Made by a program: the position numbers and the translations under genes | Shown: positions 1-12,861 of the stretch, piece after piece | How the letters are laid out: each line of letters opens with the position of its first letter | Numbering within the stretch: position 1 is the stretch's first letter | Notes under the pieces: generated by a model | Databases searched by the model: none | What the model was told of the DNA's origin: nothing | The model's input: the letters and a program-made list of their open reading frames with translations, nothing else | Assembly (NCBI GenBank): GCA_013265495.1 | Contig: MU057521.1 | Span: 62,001 to 126,000, forward strand | Source: Vicugna vicugna | Taxonomy: Eukaryota | Direction: 5' to 3' | DNA length: 64,000 nt

Positions 1-1450
1 TGACTTCAACAAATAATTACTGAATGATTGAATGGCCAGTAGTGACTGTAACTACTGCATATGTGCCCAAGCCTATGACACGTTCTGGAGACATAAAGAA
101 TACATAATCCCTGCCCATGGGGCCACCATTCAATGGGAAAGAAAAATGTGAAACGTAAACAGCATAGTTCAAAGTAACTTGTGACATAACAGAAGCATAG
201 ACTAGTTGCAGTAAGGTCACAATAGAAGGCACCTGCTGAAAGGTGTTAGAGGATTTCAGCAAATGATTCAGAGGAGAGGTGATGGTTTGGTTGAGTTTTG
301 AACAATGTAGAATATTACCCGTCTGCAGGGGTATGAGGGTGTTTTGAATGGAGAATAATTTAGTGTAAAAAAGAATAAGTAATAAACCTTGGAAATGGAA
401 AGCCAGTAGGCTCTGAGTAGTTCATGTACTATACTAAAGAGCCTGAACTTTATCTCCCTAGTAGAGATTGAAATATTTAAACAAGATGTCTTTAGAAAGG
501 TCACTGTAGCTGCAGAGTAGATAGCAGCTTGGAGTATGTGATTCCCAAAACTGGGCAACTGCTCAGAAGTGTAATGGAATATTCTAATCCTCAAATCATA
601 AAGGTTTCAACTCAGGCAGTCAGAGTAGGGATAGAAGTGAGGGATATTTTGCTGTTGTAGGAGGATTCAGATTCTAGAGTGAATAGGATTGAACAAAGCA
701 AGTGAAACAGAAGGAAGACATTTGAATGATTCTGAGATTTCTGATTTAGGCAACTGAGTGAATGGAGGCGTCAGCAACTACAAATGAACATTAAACTACA
801 GAGGGCAAATTTAGCGTGTGAGGTGGATGGTAACAAGGTTGGTTTTGCTGAGTCAAGTGCTCGTGGAAAATCCTGGATAAGATTTGGATTCAGAAAAGAG
901 AAAAAGCAAAAATGTAGGTAACTGGTGAAGGTGTGTGTTCAGACAAGAGTACATGGAAAGTGGGAAGGGCTTAGAGGCAAAGATGAAACCCTGTGGAAAA
1001 ACCAACAATTCGTTTTTCTAAATGTGCTGAGTAAGGAGGAGAATTTGTGGAGAGGCAAGAGAGCTGGGGAAGGACCAGGACCAGATGGCATGGTGAGATG
1101 TAGGATGCAAGAGATGACAAAAGGTCATAGGCTTTGGAGAAACAAGTGAGATGAGGACAGTGGGGTCGAGTGTGTTGTCCTTGCAGACTGGCCCTGGGGC
1201 TCCAGCAGGGAGAGTCTCATGAGGGTGGAAGCCAGCCGCCGTGGCCTGACTAGGAACAGTGATGTGAAGGCAGAAAGACTCCACCTGTAAGAACTTTGGT
1301 TGTAACTGGAAGACAAGGAGAGACGGAGACTTGGCAATAACCTCTGAGCCACTGGATCCAGCCTTTCTGAACGATGAGTCCTAATCGGGATGAGTTAATG
1401 ATGGAAATGAATGAATTCTCGCTTTTGATTTTAATCTGAGTTGAGCATGG
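1..1450 (-). mobile_element. L2 LINE, decayed fragments
   Basis: Starts with the reverse complement of the L2 3' end (ttcaacaaataattactgaat... tatgtgcccaagcc... ataatccctgcccatgg), then purine-rich L2-antisense motifs (tgaactttatc, ttagaaaggtcactgtagctgc, aggcaactgagtgaatgg). Boundaries approximate. Confidence 0.7.
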
Positions 1451-1932
1451 GAACTACCTGCTGAGAAGAGTGGGGATTTGTAGAGATAAGAGGGAAGAAA
1501 AGCAGAGGCAGGAAAAAGGATGGCATGTTTGTAGGGGAAGAAGTAGGAATAACAGTGATCCAGGAGGCATCTTTCTGGGGACCTAGGATGGGTCTAGATT
1601 ATAGAATCTCTTGAAGAAGAGGCACAACTCTGCAGGGACAGATACTTGTCGATTTTATTAACTCAACAAGAAGCACTCAACAGACACTCATGGAATGAAC
1701 AAATACAGGATTTGGTGTGTTTGGGTGCAGGGAGTGGGGGCAGTAATTTTACTTTGTTAGAAGTGTGGTGATGAAAGTTTTGGCTTCAGGGATGCTGACC
1801 TGGAGATCAATGTCTGATACCCCAGTGAGAACATCTATTAGGCAGGTGGAAAACTGTGGCTGAATCTTAAGTGCGAAGTCATACATACAGAAGAAGATGG
1901 ATCCACACATAGAGAACTTCCTGGGATAAAGT

Positions 1933-2046
1933 TGGGTTGCCAGATTTGCCAAATAAAAGTACAGGACACCCTGTTAAATTTGAATTTCAGATAAACAGCA
2001 GATAATTTTTACTAAAAGTGTGTCCCATGCAATAGTTGGCAGCCCT
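1933..2046. mobile_element. hAT MITE, MER53-like, internally deleted
   Basis: Terminal inverted repeats gggttgcca...tggcagccc. The internal sequence aaataaaagtacaggacaccctgttaaatttgaatttcagataaac matches the recalled MER53 consensus. Confidence 0.8.
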
Positions 2047-3489
2047 GGATGGAAAATGCAGAGACAGAAGGAGGTTCAGCTTATCTGCATTTATAAACTT
2101 ATCCTGCACTTCACGCAGGACTGGAGTGGGGGACCCTCCTGTGTCAATTCTTAAAAGTTCATCACACAGAGAATAAAATACAGTATCAAGGCAATCATCC
2201 TTTAAAAGGCTGTTTTGCAATAAGAGCAGAAAAAAGTACAATTGTTGTTTGTTAGGTTTAAAGGAAATGGATTATTTCGAGTTTTTTTGGAAACAACAAA
2301 AATGCTTCAATGGCTTCTCCACTTTAGCAGGAGAAATTCTGTCCTCGGGAAGATTTGGGCAAAGACTGGTCAATAATTTAATTTTGAGAAACATTGCCTT
2401 CTGCTAAAGCTTTTGTCTTCTATCTTGATCAAATCTTGCTGTGTTGGCTCAAGCCATAAATCATACACCTTGTGTGAATAAAAACAAGTAATTAAGAGCT
2501 TTTGGTTACCTAAAATATTTATGCTGACTGAATAGCTAATCAAAGGAGGAGTATTATTGTACCACTTCAAAATCTGCTGTGAGGACTAAACATATACATA
2601 GAAGTTAACATAATTTTCACTGGCCTGGTACAAGAATTTGGTACACATGTCACAGTTCATTTTGTAGGGTCCTTGTGACTTATCCATTACTGAGCAGGAC
2701 GTAATTTGTATGTAGAGCAGGGAGGCTTGCTTTTCAATTAAAATGAATTTTTTTCTCCTTTTATGTGAATTGCTTTTTAAAATTATTTAAACCCTTTTAT
2801 ATAATTTCACAGAAACATACTTTTACATAAACACACAATTATGACATAATGAGACTATATTTTTGGTGTTTGAATTCTGACAACTTTCCATCCCCACCAC
2901 TCCCCATTGTCCTTCACCAGCCATCTGTACAATCTGATAAAAAAAAAAAGCCCAGTGCCCTCCATCCCTTGGCTCTGGCAGAAATTTCATACTAGGCTAG
3001 TCCCTAGTGGGTACCCCATCCAAGCTCCACCCAATGACCACCAGAACACAAGCCACTGTCTTCCTTTGCTCTTGTTTCACTTTCCTGGGGAATCCTTTTG
3101 TTGTTTGTTACGTGACTAATGAACAGTTTCATATGCATGGGTGCTGATGTATCATTTGTCCAGATGACTCTAAATTTCTGCAGGGGTTGGGGAGGGGGAA
3201 GAAGCACTGCCCAGCCTCCAGCTGTGGTTGCAAGGTGCAGAAATAAGATAGTCATCACGTGCATCTCTGTTCCTAGTACACTTATTCTGTGTGGTTTTGG
3301 ACCTCTCTCCCACTGTCCCCCTTCCCATGTCAGCAGCCCCCACGTCAGGTACCCATTATCTTGACTTCAAACACCATGGCCTAGTTTTAGCAATTTAAAA
3401 ATTATATTTACACACAATAATGCAGTATGCATTCTTACTGATGTTATTCAACTTTTTGTTTGTGAATTTTGTAAATATTATTTTTTTAG

Positions 3490-3720
3490 AATAGTTAGTT
3501 GACTTGCATTGCTCTATAGTATTCCATAAATCTGCCACAATTTATCCAGTTTTGAGCTGTTATGAATAATACTTCTATCAACATTCTTGTCCACATCTTT
3601 CTGTGCAATTTCTGTGGGCTATTTACCCATGAGTAGAACTGCAGGATTGTTGGATATGTCCCTGGGTTGTAATAGATATGGACAAATAGTTCTTCAAAAA
3701 GGTTACACCAATTTATAGCT
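3490..3720 (-). mobile_element. Old L1 (L1M-type) ORF2 3' fragment
   Basis: Antisense L1 motifs: gctgttatgaataat, aacattcttgtccacatc, gagtagaactgc, aaaaggttacaccaattta. Confidence 0.65.
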
Positions 3721-4288
3721 AGTGTGAGGCATTTTCTTATTTATTATTTATACTCCAACACAGAGCCAACCTTTCTCTTACATTTAAGGCTCACAAATGA
3801 TTATTTTATATAATTTCAGTATCAAATTATTTTGGTGTTGACCAGATTCAAAGTTTAGGTTTCCTTCTACACATATAAAAGGTATTAACTCATGGAAAGT
3901 CCTTGAAACACTCTGACAGTTTCTCAAGTGCATTGTAACTATTTCCGTGTAGTGCAGTTTTTATAGAAGAGCTTTGATCTTGTCTTTAGTCTACAAATTA
4001 GAGTAGTTCCCAGTGAGACATTGAGAGGGGATTGATTGTTCAACTAATCCTCATATTTCTCGGAAAATGGATTTTGTGTGTTATATTGGCCCTTTAGCTG
4101 GACTTCTTTGCTTGCATATATTGGAAATCATTTCTATTAGAAAATGGTCTTTTAGAAAAAAGGCAGGGACATTTCCTTTTTCTTCTGCTGTCATGAGTAC
4201 CCAGTTGAGTCTAGGCACTTCACTCTTACCTCCTGGTTGGGACCTTCTTCATCATGATGATCACTTATATATAAAGGTTGGAAACAGA

Positions 4289-4570
4289 CAGACTTGCAGA
4301 CATTGTAAATAATCTTGTGGTTACCGGGGAAAGGGGGTGGGAAGGGATAAATTTGGGAGCTTGAGATTTACAAACGTTAGCCACTATATATAAAAATAGA
4401 TTTTAAAAAGTTTCTGCTGTATAGCACAGGGAGCTGTGTTCAATATCTTGTAATAACCTTTAATGAAAAAGAATGTGAAAACAAATATGTGTACATATAC
4501 ACATGACTGGGATATTGTGCTTTACACCAGAGATTGACACGTTGTCATTGACGGTACTTCAATAAATAAA
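4289..4570 (+). mobile_element. 5'-truncated L1 3' UTR, cetartiodactyl/camelid type
   Basis: ggttaccggggaaagggggtgggaagggataaatttgggag...ctgtatagcacaggg...acttcaataaataaaa. Degraded TSD taaaggttggaaacaga (4272-4288) vs taaaatttggagacaga (4567-4583), 14/17 match. Confidence 0.88.
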
Positions 4571-5068
4571 ATTTGGAGACAGAATGTACAGCCCTTCAGA
4601 TTAAGTGGCAATCGCTATGTTAGGCGGTTTATTCTTCTTGTGAAGTATTAAATGCTGACGATAAAGTAGTGATGTTAGTAACAAGCGCAACCTCAATTAT
4701 CACGTGAATGCATCAGTTTAATCTAATCTGATCTATGACACATAAGACCCCAAATGGTGACTTGATGATTATTCACTGATTCCATGGGTGATTCGATGCT
4801 TATTCAATTAAGTGGGTTGAGAAAATTGGCAAGGGAGCTGTGAGGGAAGTATTGGATTTTTCTCCTATTTTTCTTCGTTTACACCCTATTTTAAAATCAG
4901 TTTCAGGTGGATTAGTAGTTAAATGTTTTAAAAAAAGAAGAAGAGAGAAAAGGAAAAATACTCTGAGAAATGAATCTTAATCTTATTTTGAGGTAGGAGG
5001 TGCTGCCTAGGTCATTTTCCCTCTGACGTTTTCCGTTGCACTTAGTATTTGTATGTGTGACTGTTCAC

Positions 5069-5539
5069 TGTATTAGTCAGGGATCTCCAGATAAACAGAA
5101 GCAATAGGATGTGTCTATTGTATGCATATATATTACATATAGAGACATTGACTCATGGGATGATTATGGAGGCCGTGAAGTCCCATGATCTGCCATTTGC
5201 AATCCAAAGACCTAGAAAAACCAGGAGTGTAATTCAGTTCAAGTCCAAATCCCCAAAACCAGGGGAGCCAAAAGCATAAATCCCAGCCCAAGGGCAAGAG
5301 AATGTGAGAGGAGATGTTCTAGCTCGTGTAGTTAGGCAGGCGGAAAAAAGGCCAGACTCTTCCTTCTTGTGCCTTTTTATCAGGCCTTCAACAGATTAGA
5401 TGATACCCACCCATGCAGGGAAGGCAGTCTGCTTTACTGAGGGCCCCGATTCAAATGCTGATCTCATCCAGAAACACCCGAGAATGTTTATTCTGGGCAT
5501 CACTTGGCCAGTCAAGTTAACAGAAAGTTAACCACCACA
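5069..5539 (-). mobile_element. Solo LTR, MLT2 (ERVL) family
   Basis: Bounded by tgtattagtcaggg and ccagtcaagttaacagaaagttaaccaccaca, the reverse of the MLT2 termini. Flanks ttcac/tttac match at 4 of 5 as a TSD. Confidence 0.9.
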
Positions 5540-5559
5540 TTTACCAAATGGAGGATTCA

Positions 5560-6230
5560 TAAAATTGAAAAGCCAGAAATATCTGGTCGAAATTTGGATA
5601 CAAATAGGGCATAAAATCAAGGCCTTAATATATAGATGATATATAAAATTTTCTCAGAATATCTTAATAGATAATGTGTAGAACATAAGAAAAGAAACAT
5701 ACAAAAGAGAAAACACAAATGCAAAGAAATTTATAAAAATATATTTAATCACTCAATTAACGAAATGTACTTTCAGCCAGTATTTTTGCTGACTGTTTAT
5801 CATAATGGAAAATACGAATGAGATGGTTTTAATCAGTACCAACAAGGATACTGATTAAAACCATGAGCTCCCTCAAGTTCTTCCCATGGAAATGTAAATT
5901 GGTCCCATCTTTCCAGAAAGCAATTTGCAAGATTACCAAGACACTTTAAAGTGTTACTAGACTTTGTTTTCCTCTTCTGTACATTTTGTCTGAGGAAGTA
6001 AGTTTATGATAAATCACAATTTAGGTATAAAAATGTTCATAGCAGTGTGATTTGCAACACCCCTAAACTTGATAAAATGAGGAAATGACTGCTAATTGAG
6101 AAGGTAATTCAGTACATTATTATATGTTCATATGATAGGGTATTGTGAAGCTGTTGAATCTGATTTCCTCAAATAAAACTTGCAAGAGTGTGATAAATTA
6201 AGTAGGAAAAAACTTGAATACATTTATGAC
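5560..6230 (+). mobile_element. Old L1 (L1ME-like) ORF2 3' fragment
   Basis: aaatgtaaattgg...ccagaaagcaatttgca, aatgttcatagcagtgtgatttgcaac; A-rich strand bias. Confidence 0.55.
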
Positions 6231-7442
6231 AGTATCTCTAACCTTTAACCAAAACCCATTTCCTCCTTTTTGCTGGTGACGCATCTGGAATATATTAGTA
6301 GTTAGGTAGGGTCAGGTGACTAAGCTCTAATGGAATATTTGTGGAAATTATTTTCTTGTCCCAAAAGACCTCCCAAGAAAGACTATCTGTGCTTTTCCCC
6401 CTTTCATTGAGTAGACAGAGATAATCATGGTGACTTTAGAATGAACCACTTAATGATGGAGAAACTTGTCCCTGAGTGAACACTCTCCCACCCCCTTGCA
6501 GAACACGCACACACATGCAGTCACTCAGGAACTCTGAGCAAGAAATATACTTTAAAGTGGGTATTACAGTCTTATGTTTTGCTTTTTGAGGTAGTACAGG
6601 TTTTTCTAAAACTTACCAAGGGAGATAACATTAAGAGCAATAACACAATCCTCATGGGTTCTTTCCATATTTGCTCATGGAAAGTAGACTCTTGCTCACA
6701 TATTTTTTTGAAGTCTCATGGACTTGTCCTTACCTGTGTCCTGCACTTAAGCTGTTGCCTCCATTTGGTTCCTTTTTAGAGCTCTGGAAATCTTCCAAAG
6801 TGCATTGCCATGACTACCAGGTACTCTTATCCCTCTTGGGGCATCTCTAAGGTACAGGAGAGTGAAAAAAAATGAATGACATTCAGGTATAGCCTTTCTA
6901 TTTTATTCTTTCAGTCTCAGCACTGCAAATAAAGACAAACATTTTTTTACCGTTTCAAAGATGGTATCTTTGGTGCGTTGAGGCAGTCCCTTTATTAAGA
7001 AATTAATTTTGCCAATTAATTGTTTTAATCAAATTAGTGTAGTGATTTCATTGAAGAATATCCACGATTTCATTATTTCTACTTGGAATTAAAATGACTA
7101 TTTAAAAAATAGCAGTGCTAAAATTCCTTCTAATGAAGTAGAGTGAGAAACTTTTATTGTGTCTGTTTTATTCTTCAAATAATTGATATCTGTGTTTTAT
7201 TATATTTTGTCACATTTGATCTTCATAATCAAATTTGGCTATATTGCAATATTAATTTAATACTGTTCCTAATGATAATGTGTACAATACTTTTTATAAT
7301 TTTTCATATTTATTATAACCTAAATAATCGTATTCTTAAGCCGCACGATTATTCTTATTGTGCACATTTCATAGAGAACTGAGGTCAAATAATTTTTGAT
7401 TTAACCAAGCCTATATACTTTCGGGAAAGTGAAGCTACAATC

Positions 7443-7800
7443 TGTATTAGCTTCTTCCCAAGGAGAAGCAGTGGGCAAACTTGACATAGGGTAATTCACA
7501 GAGAGATTAATTACTAAAGAGGCTGTTTTCAGAGACGTGGACGTAGACAGTGCAGGATCTGGAACTGTCACTTCTTCTAGACCTGAAGGGATGAGAGGAG
7601 GGAGCAGTCACAGGAGCCTGGAAGGGCAGATTGCTGAAGTCAGCTGCCTTGAGAGACTCGGTGACCTGCAGAGGAGGGAACCTGTCTTCTCTCACAGAGA
7701 GGTGACAGGAAATAAACACACGAACCTCACTTTTTTCACTCCATCTGGTCTCCTGCGAAGGTCCTCTTTGACCAAACCCAACCAAAAGCCAAGGGACATT
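7443..7800 (-). mobile_element. ERVL-class LTR, LTR33-like
   Basis: Starts tgtattag. Contains gaccaaacccaaccaaaagccaaggga, whose reverse complement aligns with the + strand copy at about 17905-17990. Confidence 0.6.
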
Positions 7801-8244
7801 TTTATATTGTTCATATAAGACACGTCATCCCACCAACCAGCAAGGGCTGAGGATGGAAGAGGATCAGGGCATCTGCTGCGGGACCTCAGGCTCCCCTGGA
7901 CCACAGCTGCTCCTGCCTTCATGGCAGAGAAGATCTTGTCCCATTGACTGTCAAGGGTTAAGGGATGATTCAGAAAGTCTCTGTTTCTGTCCTTTTCTCC
8001 TCAGATCTTTATTGCACAGCCCTTGGTAGAAGAGGAGATGGTGACAAAACGACTGGTTCCTGAGGATTCTGTTGAATCCAGTGAGTTATAAATAGTATTA
8101 AGTAACCAGAGATTGAAAAGAACTTTGTACTGCATATTTGTTATTTTTTTTTTGACAGAGCAGCTTCTAAATATCCGTGCTGTACACACGATCTGTTGTA
8201 AGTCAAATATATGCTTCCACCAGACTTCACCTCTGCAGGAGGAT

Positions 8245-8266
8245 ACACACACACACACACACACAC
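8245..8266. repeat. (AC)11 microsatellite
   Basis: Read directly. Confidence 0.98.
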
Positions 8267-8269
8267 GAA

Positions 8270-8565
8270 ATGACAGGAGAAATTACTTGAAGTCATGGCA
8301 GTGGAGTAGCCGCAGTAACTGAGGATATGAAACGACGCTCACTGCTAGTGACTGGCCAGTAGGGGGCAGCACAGCACCTGTACCTTAACCAGACAGTTGC
8401 TATAGCATCAAGACCTTGGCTTTCTCTCTGCTACCCAGAAGACCACCCTAATTTCTATTACTTCTTTGCTGATTCCTTGTGCTACCTGGCATCTTCTTCA
8501 TAAACTCATTTTCTACCTAAATTAACAAGATTAGCTTCCTGTTATTTCAACAAAAGCCCAGATGG
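8270..8565 (+). mobile_element. ERVL/MaLR-class LTR 3' portion (possibly LTR41-like)
   Basis: Ends with cataaactcattttctacctaaattaacaagattagcttcctgttatttcaacaaaag, resembling the U5 end of ancient ERVL/MaLR LTRs. Family uncertain. Confidence 0.5.
8353..8371 (+). promoter_or_regulatory. CTCF binding motif
   Basis: TGGCCAGTAGGGGGCAGCA fits all 19 positions of the degenerate core consensus TGGCCASYAGRKGGCRSYR. Binding itself is not shown. Confidence 0.75.
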
Positions 8566-8584
8566 GAATAAGTCCTCACAATGC

Positions 8585-8840
8585 CAGCATTATTTTTCAA
8601 AATGTAGGTCACGACCAGCGGTGAATTGTGAACTAATAGGTAGCCACCAGCAGTTAAAAAAATTAGAATGTAATAGTGAGAAAATATAATGCATCACTTC
8701 TATTAAATTTAAGTTATTGTTTCATTAGAACTTTGGGATTTCTCTGTGTGTGTGTCTGTTACTGTCTCTATATATGCTGGACTCGATGTAAAATTGATTT
8801 TTCACATGGGAAATTGTCAAACAAGTTTGAAAAGTATTAT
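8585..8840. mobile_element. hAT-Charlie MITE (MER112-like)
   Basis: tttttcaaaatgtaggtcacgacc ... ctggactcgatgtaaaa ... caaacaagtttgaaaag: degraded Charlie-type inverted termini. Confidence 0.6.
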
Positions 8841-11800
8841 TCTCGAGTGTATTACAAGATTCTGGCTGTCTTTTTTCCCCAGTCATGACAGGTTAAAGAA
8901 TCCATAGCTTCACTACAGTATGCATATAAAATTAGTAATTTTGAATGGATTCCAGAAGCTTGATGTTAAGAACAAAAATTAGGGTTCCTCACGAGCCAGA
9001 CTGAAGTCTTAGATTGTGTGCCTTAAAATAATTGTATCCTAGTCTTTCATGTGGCATATATCCTAGTCTTTCTTTCTAGCATCAAAAGCTTTGAAAGTAG
9101 GCAGAGAAGGAAATATGAAAGTGTGTGAGAGTAAAGGAGGAAATCAACAGCTGATATTTGCACCGTGTTATTCAGTTTACACGTTGCTTTCAATTCCACT
9201 GTGTCATTTGATTTTTGAAGCAAAACTGTAAATAAGTAGTGTGATCTGATCTTTATGAGAAAACCAGAACTCAGAAGTTATACCTTGCCCAACTTATATA
9301 TAACACATATGGAGATCAGATGTGGCTTAGCTGGACTTTAAGTCAAGATCATTTGAATATCCAACAAAATTATTATCTTTAGATTTCGAGACTTACTCTT
9401 TCCTTTCTTCTCTTATGTAATTAGAGTGCTAAGTGGGCAGATTTCTTTTTTGTGATCTCTTCTCTGAGTTAGTCTGTAGTAACTCAGAATATAATTAATT
9501 TGATTTAAATATTTCAACATTAGCCCTTGGTGATGTCTCTCCACAGTTCATGCTAAAATTTAGATATGTATGGATTGCCAGGTGATTTAAGTTACATGGG
9601 ATTTATTTATGATGAGACCTGTGGAATTTCTTAGAAAATAATGTATTCAAAGAGCATGGAAAATATAGGTACACAAACTTGGTCCAAAGAAGATGAGTCA
9701 CATTGGAGGGAAATGTGGATTCTAAAGATTTCCTTTATCCCAGCCTCCTTAGACCCGTGTCCTAATCCCATGGTTCAGGGGTTGCATGGATGAGTGCTCT
9801 GAAGCTAACGTCACTTAACAGTTTTGCTTTCCTGTCTGTGACATAACAATATGTAGACTCTGAGTAGGAGTGTGTAACCCCATCCTTGACGTGAGACATT
9901 TGCTGGGGCACATCGGGCGCCATAGTTTAAGCAGGTACCTAAGGAGTGAAAACAAAGTGGGAGAGAGCATCAGCCTGTGTTGAAAGGAATCAACAAGAAC
10001 AAGGCGGCTGCTCAGATCAGGAGCACCAGCGATGAACCCCCTGCAGCAGCGGGAGGGGTGGGGTGGCAAGGGCGGGCGCCACAGGGTGCGGGGAGCATGA
10101 GCTCACGGGACGCTTAGCCGTGCAGGACTTGAGTCACGAATAAGCTTCCTTATTCCACAGATGTTTCTGAGCACAGTGCAGTGTTAGTTACCAGAGATAG
10201 AACAATGAACCCGCAGGCACTGCTCCCGACTCCTCACCCCACTCTCATGCAGATGGGAGTCTAACCAAGAAAACAAGTAAGTGAGAAAGTAATATCACCA
10301 CCAGGGTTGTTTGTGCAGAATTGAGGCTGAACGACTGTACTTTCTGCAATCAGGGGTTGGGGCAGAGCGAAGAGAATGATCTATTACTGAGAATGTAGTC
10401 CTGGTGTCCTCTTCAGATTAGTGTGACCTGAGGAGAGTTGATTACAGCTCTATTGTAGCACTTATCCCATTCTGTATTTTACTATGGTGATTTCTGTGCA
10501 GGTATCTTTTCCCCACTAGGTCAGAATGGAGTTAAAGATAGAAAGACTATCTTTTGTTTATCTTTGTATTTTCCACAGCAAGGTGTCTAGAATAACTTAG
10601 TGCAGTGCAGTTTTGTCTAAGTAATGGGATGCCATGAATTGTAAGTATGCTTTCAATTATGTGCATTTGAAATGGACTTTACAGTTGTGTCTTTGTTATT
10701 TATACACTAAGTAAAAGGAGATTAATTTAGAGATGGAGAACCAGGGACCTCTTCCCAGGCTAGGGTTCCTGGAGGACATGAAACACTGCTTATGCCCTTC
10801 CTCAAGAGAAGCAGTTTTGCCATTGTAGTGATGAAGAGGAATGAGTTTTAAATGAAAAAAAAACCGCAACATACAAAGGACTCACAGAGTCTAAGCTGAA
10901 ATTGCTTGTGCTTTATATGTGAGTAATTGAAATTCCTGGTAAGATATTATAAAATCTTTAGAACACTTACATTAACGAAGATAATGCCTGGACTGCTGTT
11001 TAGAACAGCCTGCCTATTTAACCAGAAAATGAGCTTTCTTTTAAAACTTTGTGGTCTGAAAAGATTTGGGCATATTTTGAATGAAGTCATTACTGTAGGT
11101 ATTACACTTCAATGAACTATACCATAATTCAGTTTTCTTTGCTTTAGCTTTATTTCTACCTAATTATTTTTCCCTTGGGAAAACAAATCTTGATTTGCTC
11201 AACAGCATTTATCACAAGGCTTTCTTTTTTTCCAATTTCATTTAAGGCGATCATTTTCTTGAAAATTTGGCCATTATTTCCTGAGTACATTGTCCAAAAA
11301 AGTCTATTTCGTTTGAATTGTTAGATTTTTGTGTGTTAAAAATTGCTTCAATATTTCTTTTACTTTAGACAGTTTTAATAATATCTTACTGGACTTCAAT
11401 TTTTAAGCCTAGGGAATTCAGTTCAATGTGTTATTGTTAACTTAATATTCTTAACTATTAATGAATAAATTAACTTATCAAAAATTTATTTTTAAATTAG
11501 GTACAGAATAATATGATTTTAAAAATGTAACTGTTCTTTATCACCTCTCCAGGAACATGTCATTTACCTGCCAGATTATGTTGAAATTTCTTAGTTGGGA
11601 ACTTATGGTTTTACATAGATATTTTTCTTGGTTCCTTTTCAGTGATTCTGATGCATAAACCCACTAGGTTCTATTGAACATCTCCTGGGTACAGAGAATT
11701 TGGGGTTGTCTTGGTCATAATGAAGTTTCAGCCTAATACATTCTGTCTTCATAACTGGCAAGTGCCATAAGGAAAGGACAAATGAAATGCTATAGGAGTT

Positions 11801-12029
11801 CAGAGGAGCTAATATTTATTTCAAGGAACATTTTAGAAAATAGGAGGGATTTGACCTGGATCTTATGAAAGTGTCAGATTAAACCTGGCAGAGTGCAGGG
11901 ACGGATGGGTCATTCTAGGAGAGAATAATATTAAACCTTCTCACCGAACCAACTGCTGTTTCTCAAAGTGTAATCAACATTCCAGCCCAACCTGGTGTGG
12001 GACAGTAGCTGTTTCCCAAGTGTACTTTC

Positions 12030-12200
12030 TTAAATTGAAATAAAGTCAGTTACAAAGTGTCATTTTCTAATGTACAGCACAATGTCCCAGTCATGCATAT
12101 ATATATACACATATGTTTGTTTTCATATTCTTTTTCATTAAAGGTTATTACAAGATATTGAACACAGTTCTCTATGCTATACAGAAGAAACTTTTTTTAA
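12030..12200 (-). mobile_element. L1 3' end fragment
   Basis: Reverse complement closely matches 4410-4565 (cacaatgtcccagtcatg...attaaaggttattacaagatattgaacacag). Confidence 0.88.
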
Positions 12201-12861
12201 ACTTTACAGTTTCTGTGATTCTGTTTATTTTACCCTCTTTCTGTTATTTCTTTAATTAATATTTTCCTTTAGTATTTAGCACCTATTGTTTCTTTCATGA
12301 TTCTCCAGCGTACCTAAACCTACATAATTTTTCTTTATGCTGGTAATACCTGTTTGTATCACCCGTATGGCATTTTGCTTCCAATATATATATTTTAATT
12401 TGTTAATGTGACTGAGTCTTAATCTAACTCTAGGTTATCAGTATTGTGACTTTGTCTCTGCATTGTGTTAGTACAGTATCTTATGTAGATAAAGAATTTT
12501 GTTTTAAATCGTTCACTTAGGAAACTATCAGAATTTTAGAATGATTGTCATCATCTCATACACCATGCCTGCTCTAACATGCGAGCAAATAACTTCATAT
12601 GATTGACGAATACATAAAAAACTCTCTTTGGCACAATGGTATCTCTGCTAGCCTACTATGGTACGTTAAAATGACAATTAGAATTTATTCCAAAATCTAA
12701 GCCTGATGCATTAAATACACAGTTACTCAGCCTGTAATTGATGAGTAGCCTGTAACTGAAGTAATGCAGCTGCAATGTATTCATGTTTTCTTGAGGGGCT
12801 TAGACGACCCATAAGCTGTAAGAGATGAAGAAATTCTAGAGCTAATGGTTTAGATGCCAGA

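Noticed and set aside
3183..3198. G-rich run as a G-quadruplex
   Set aside because: Only three G-tracts.
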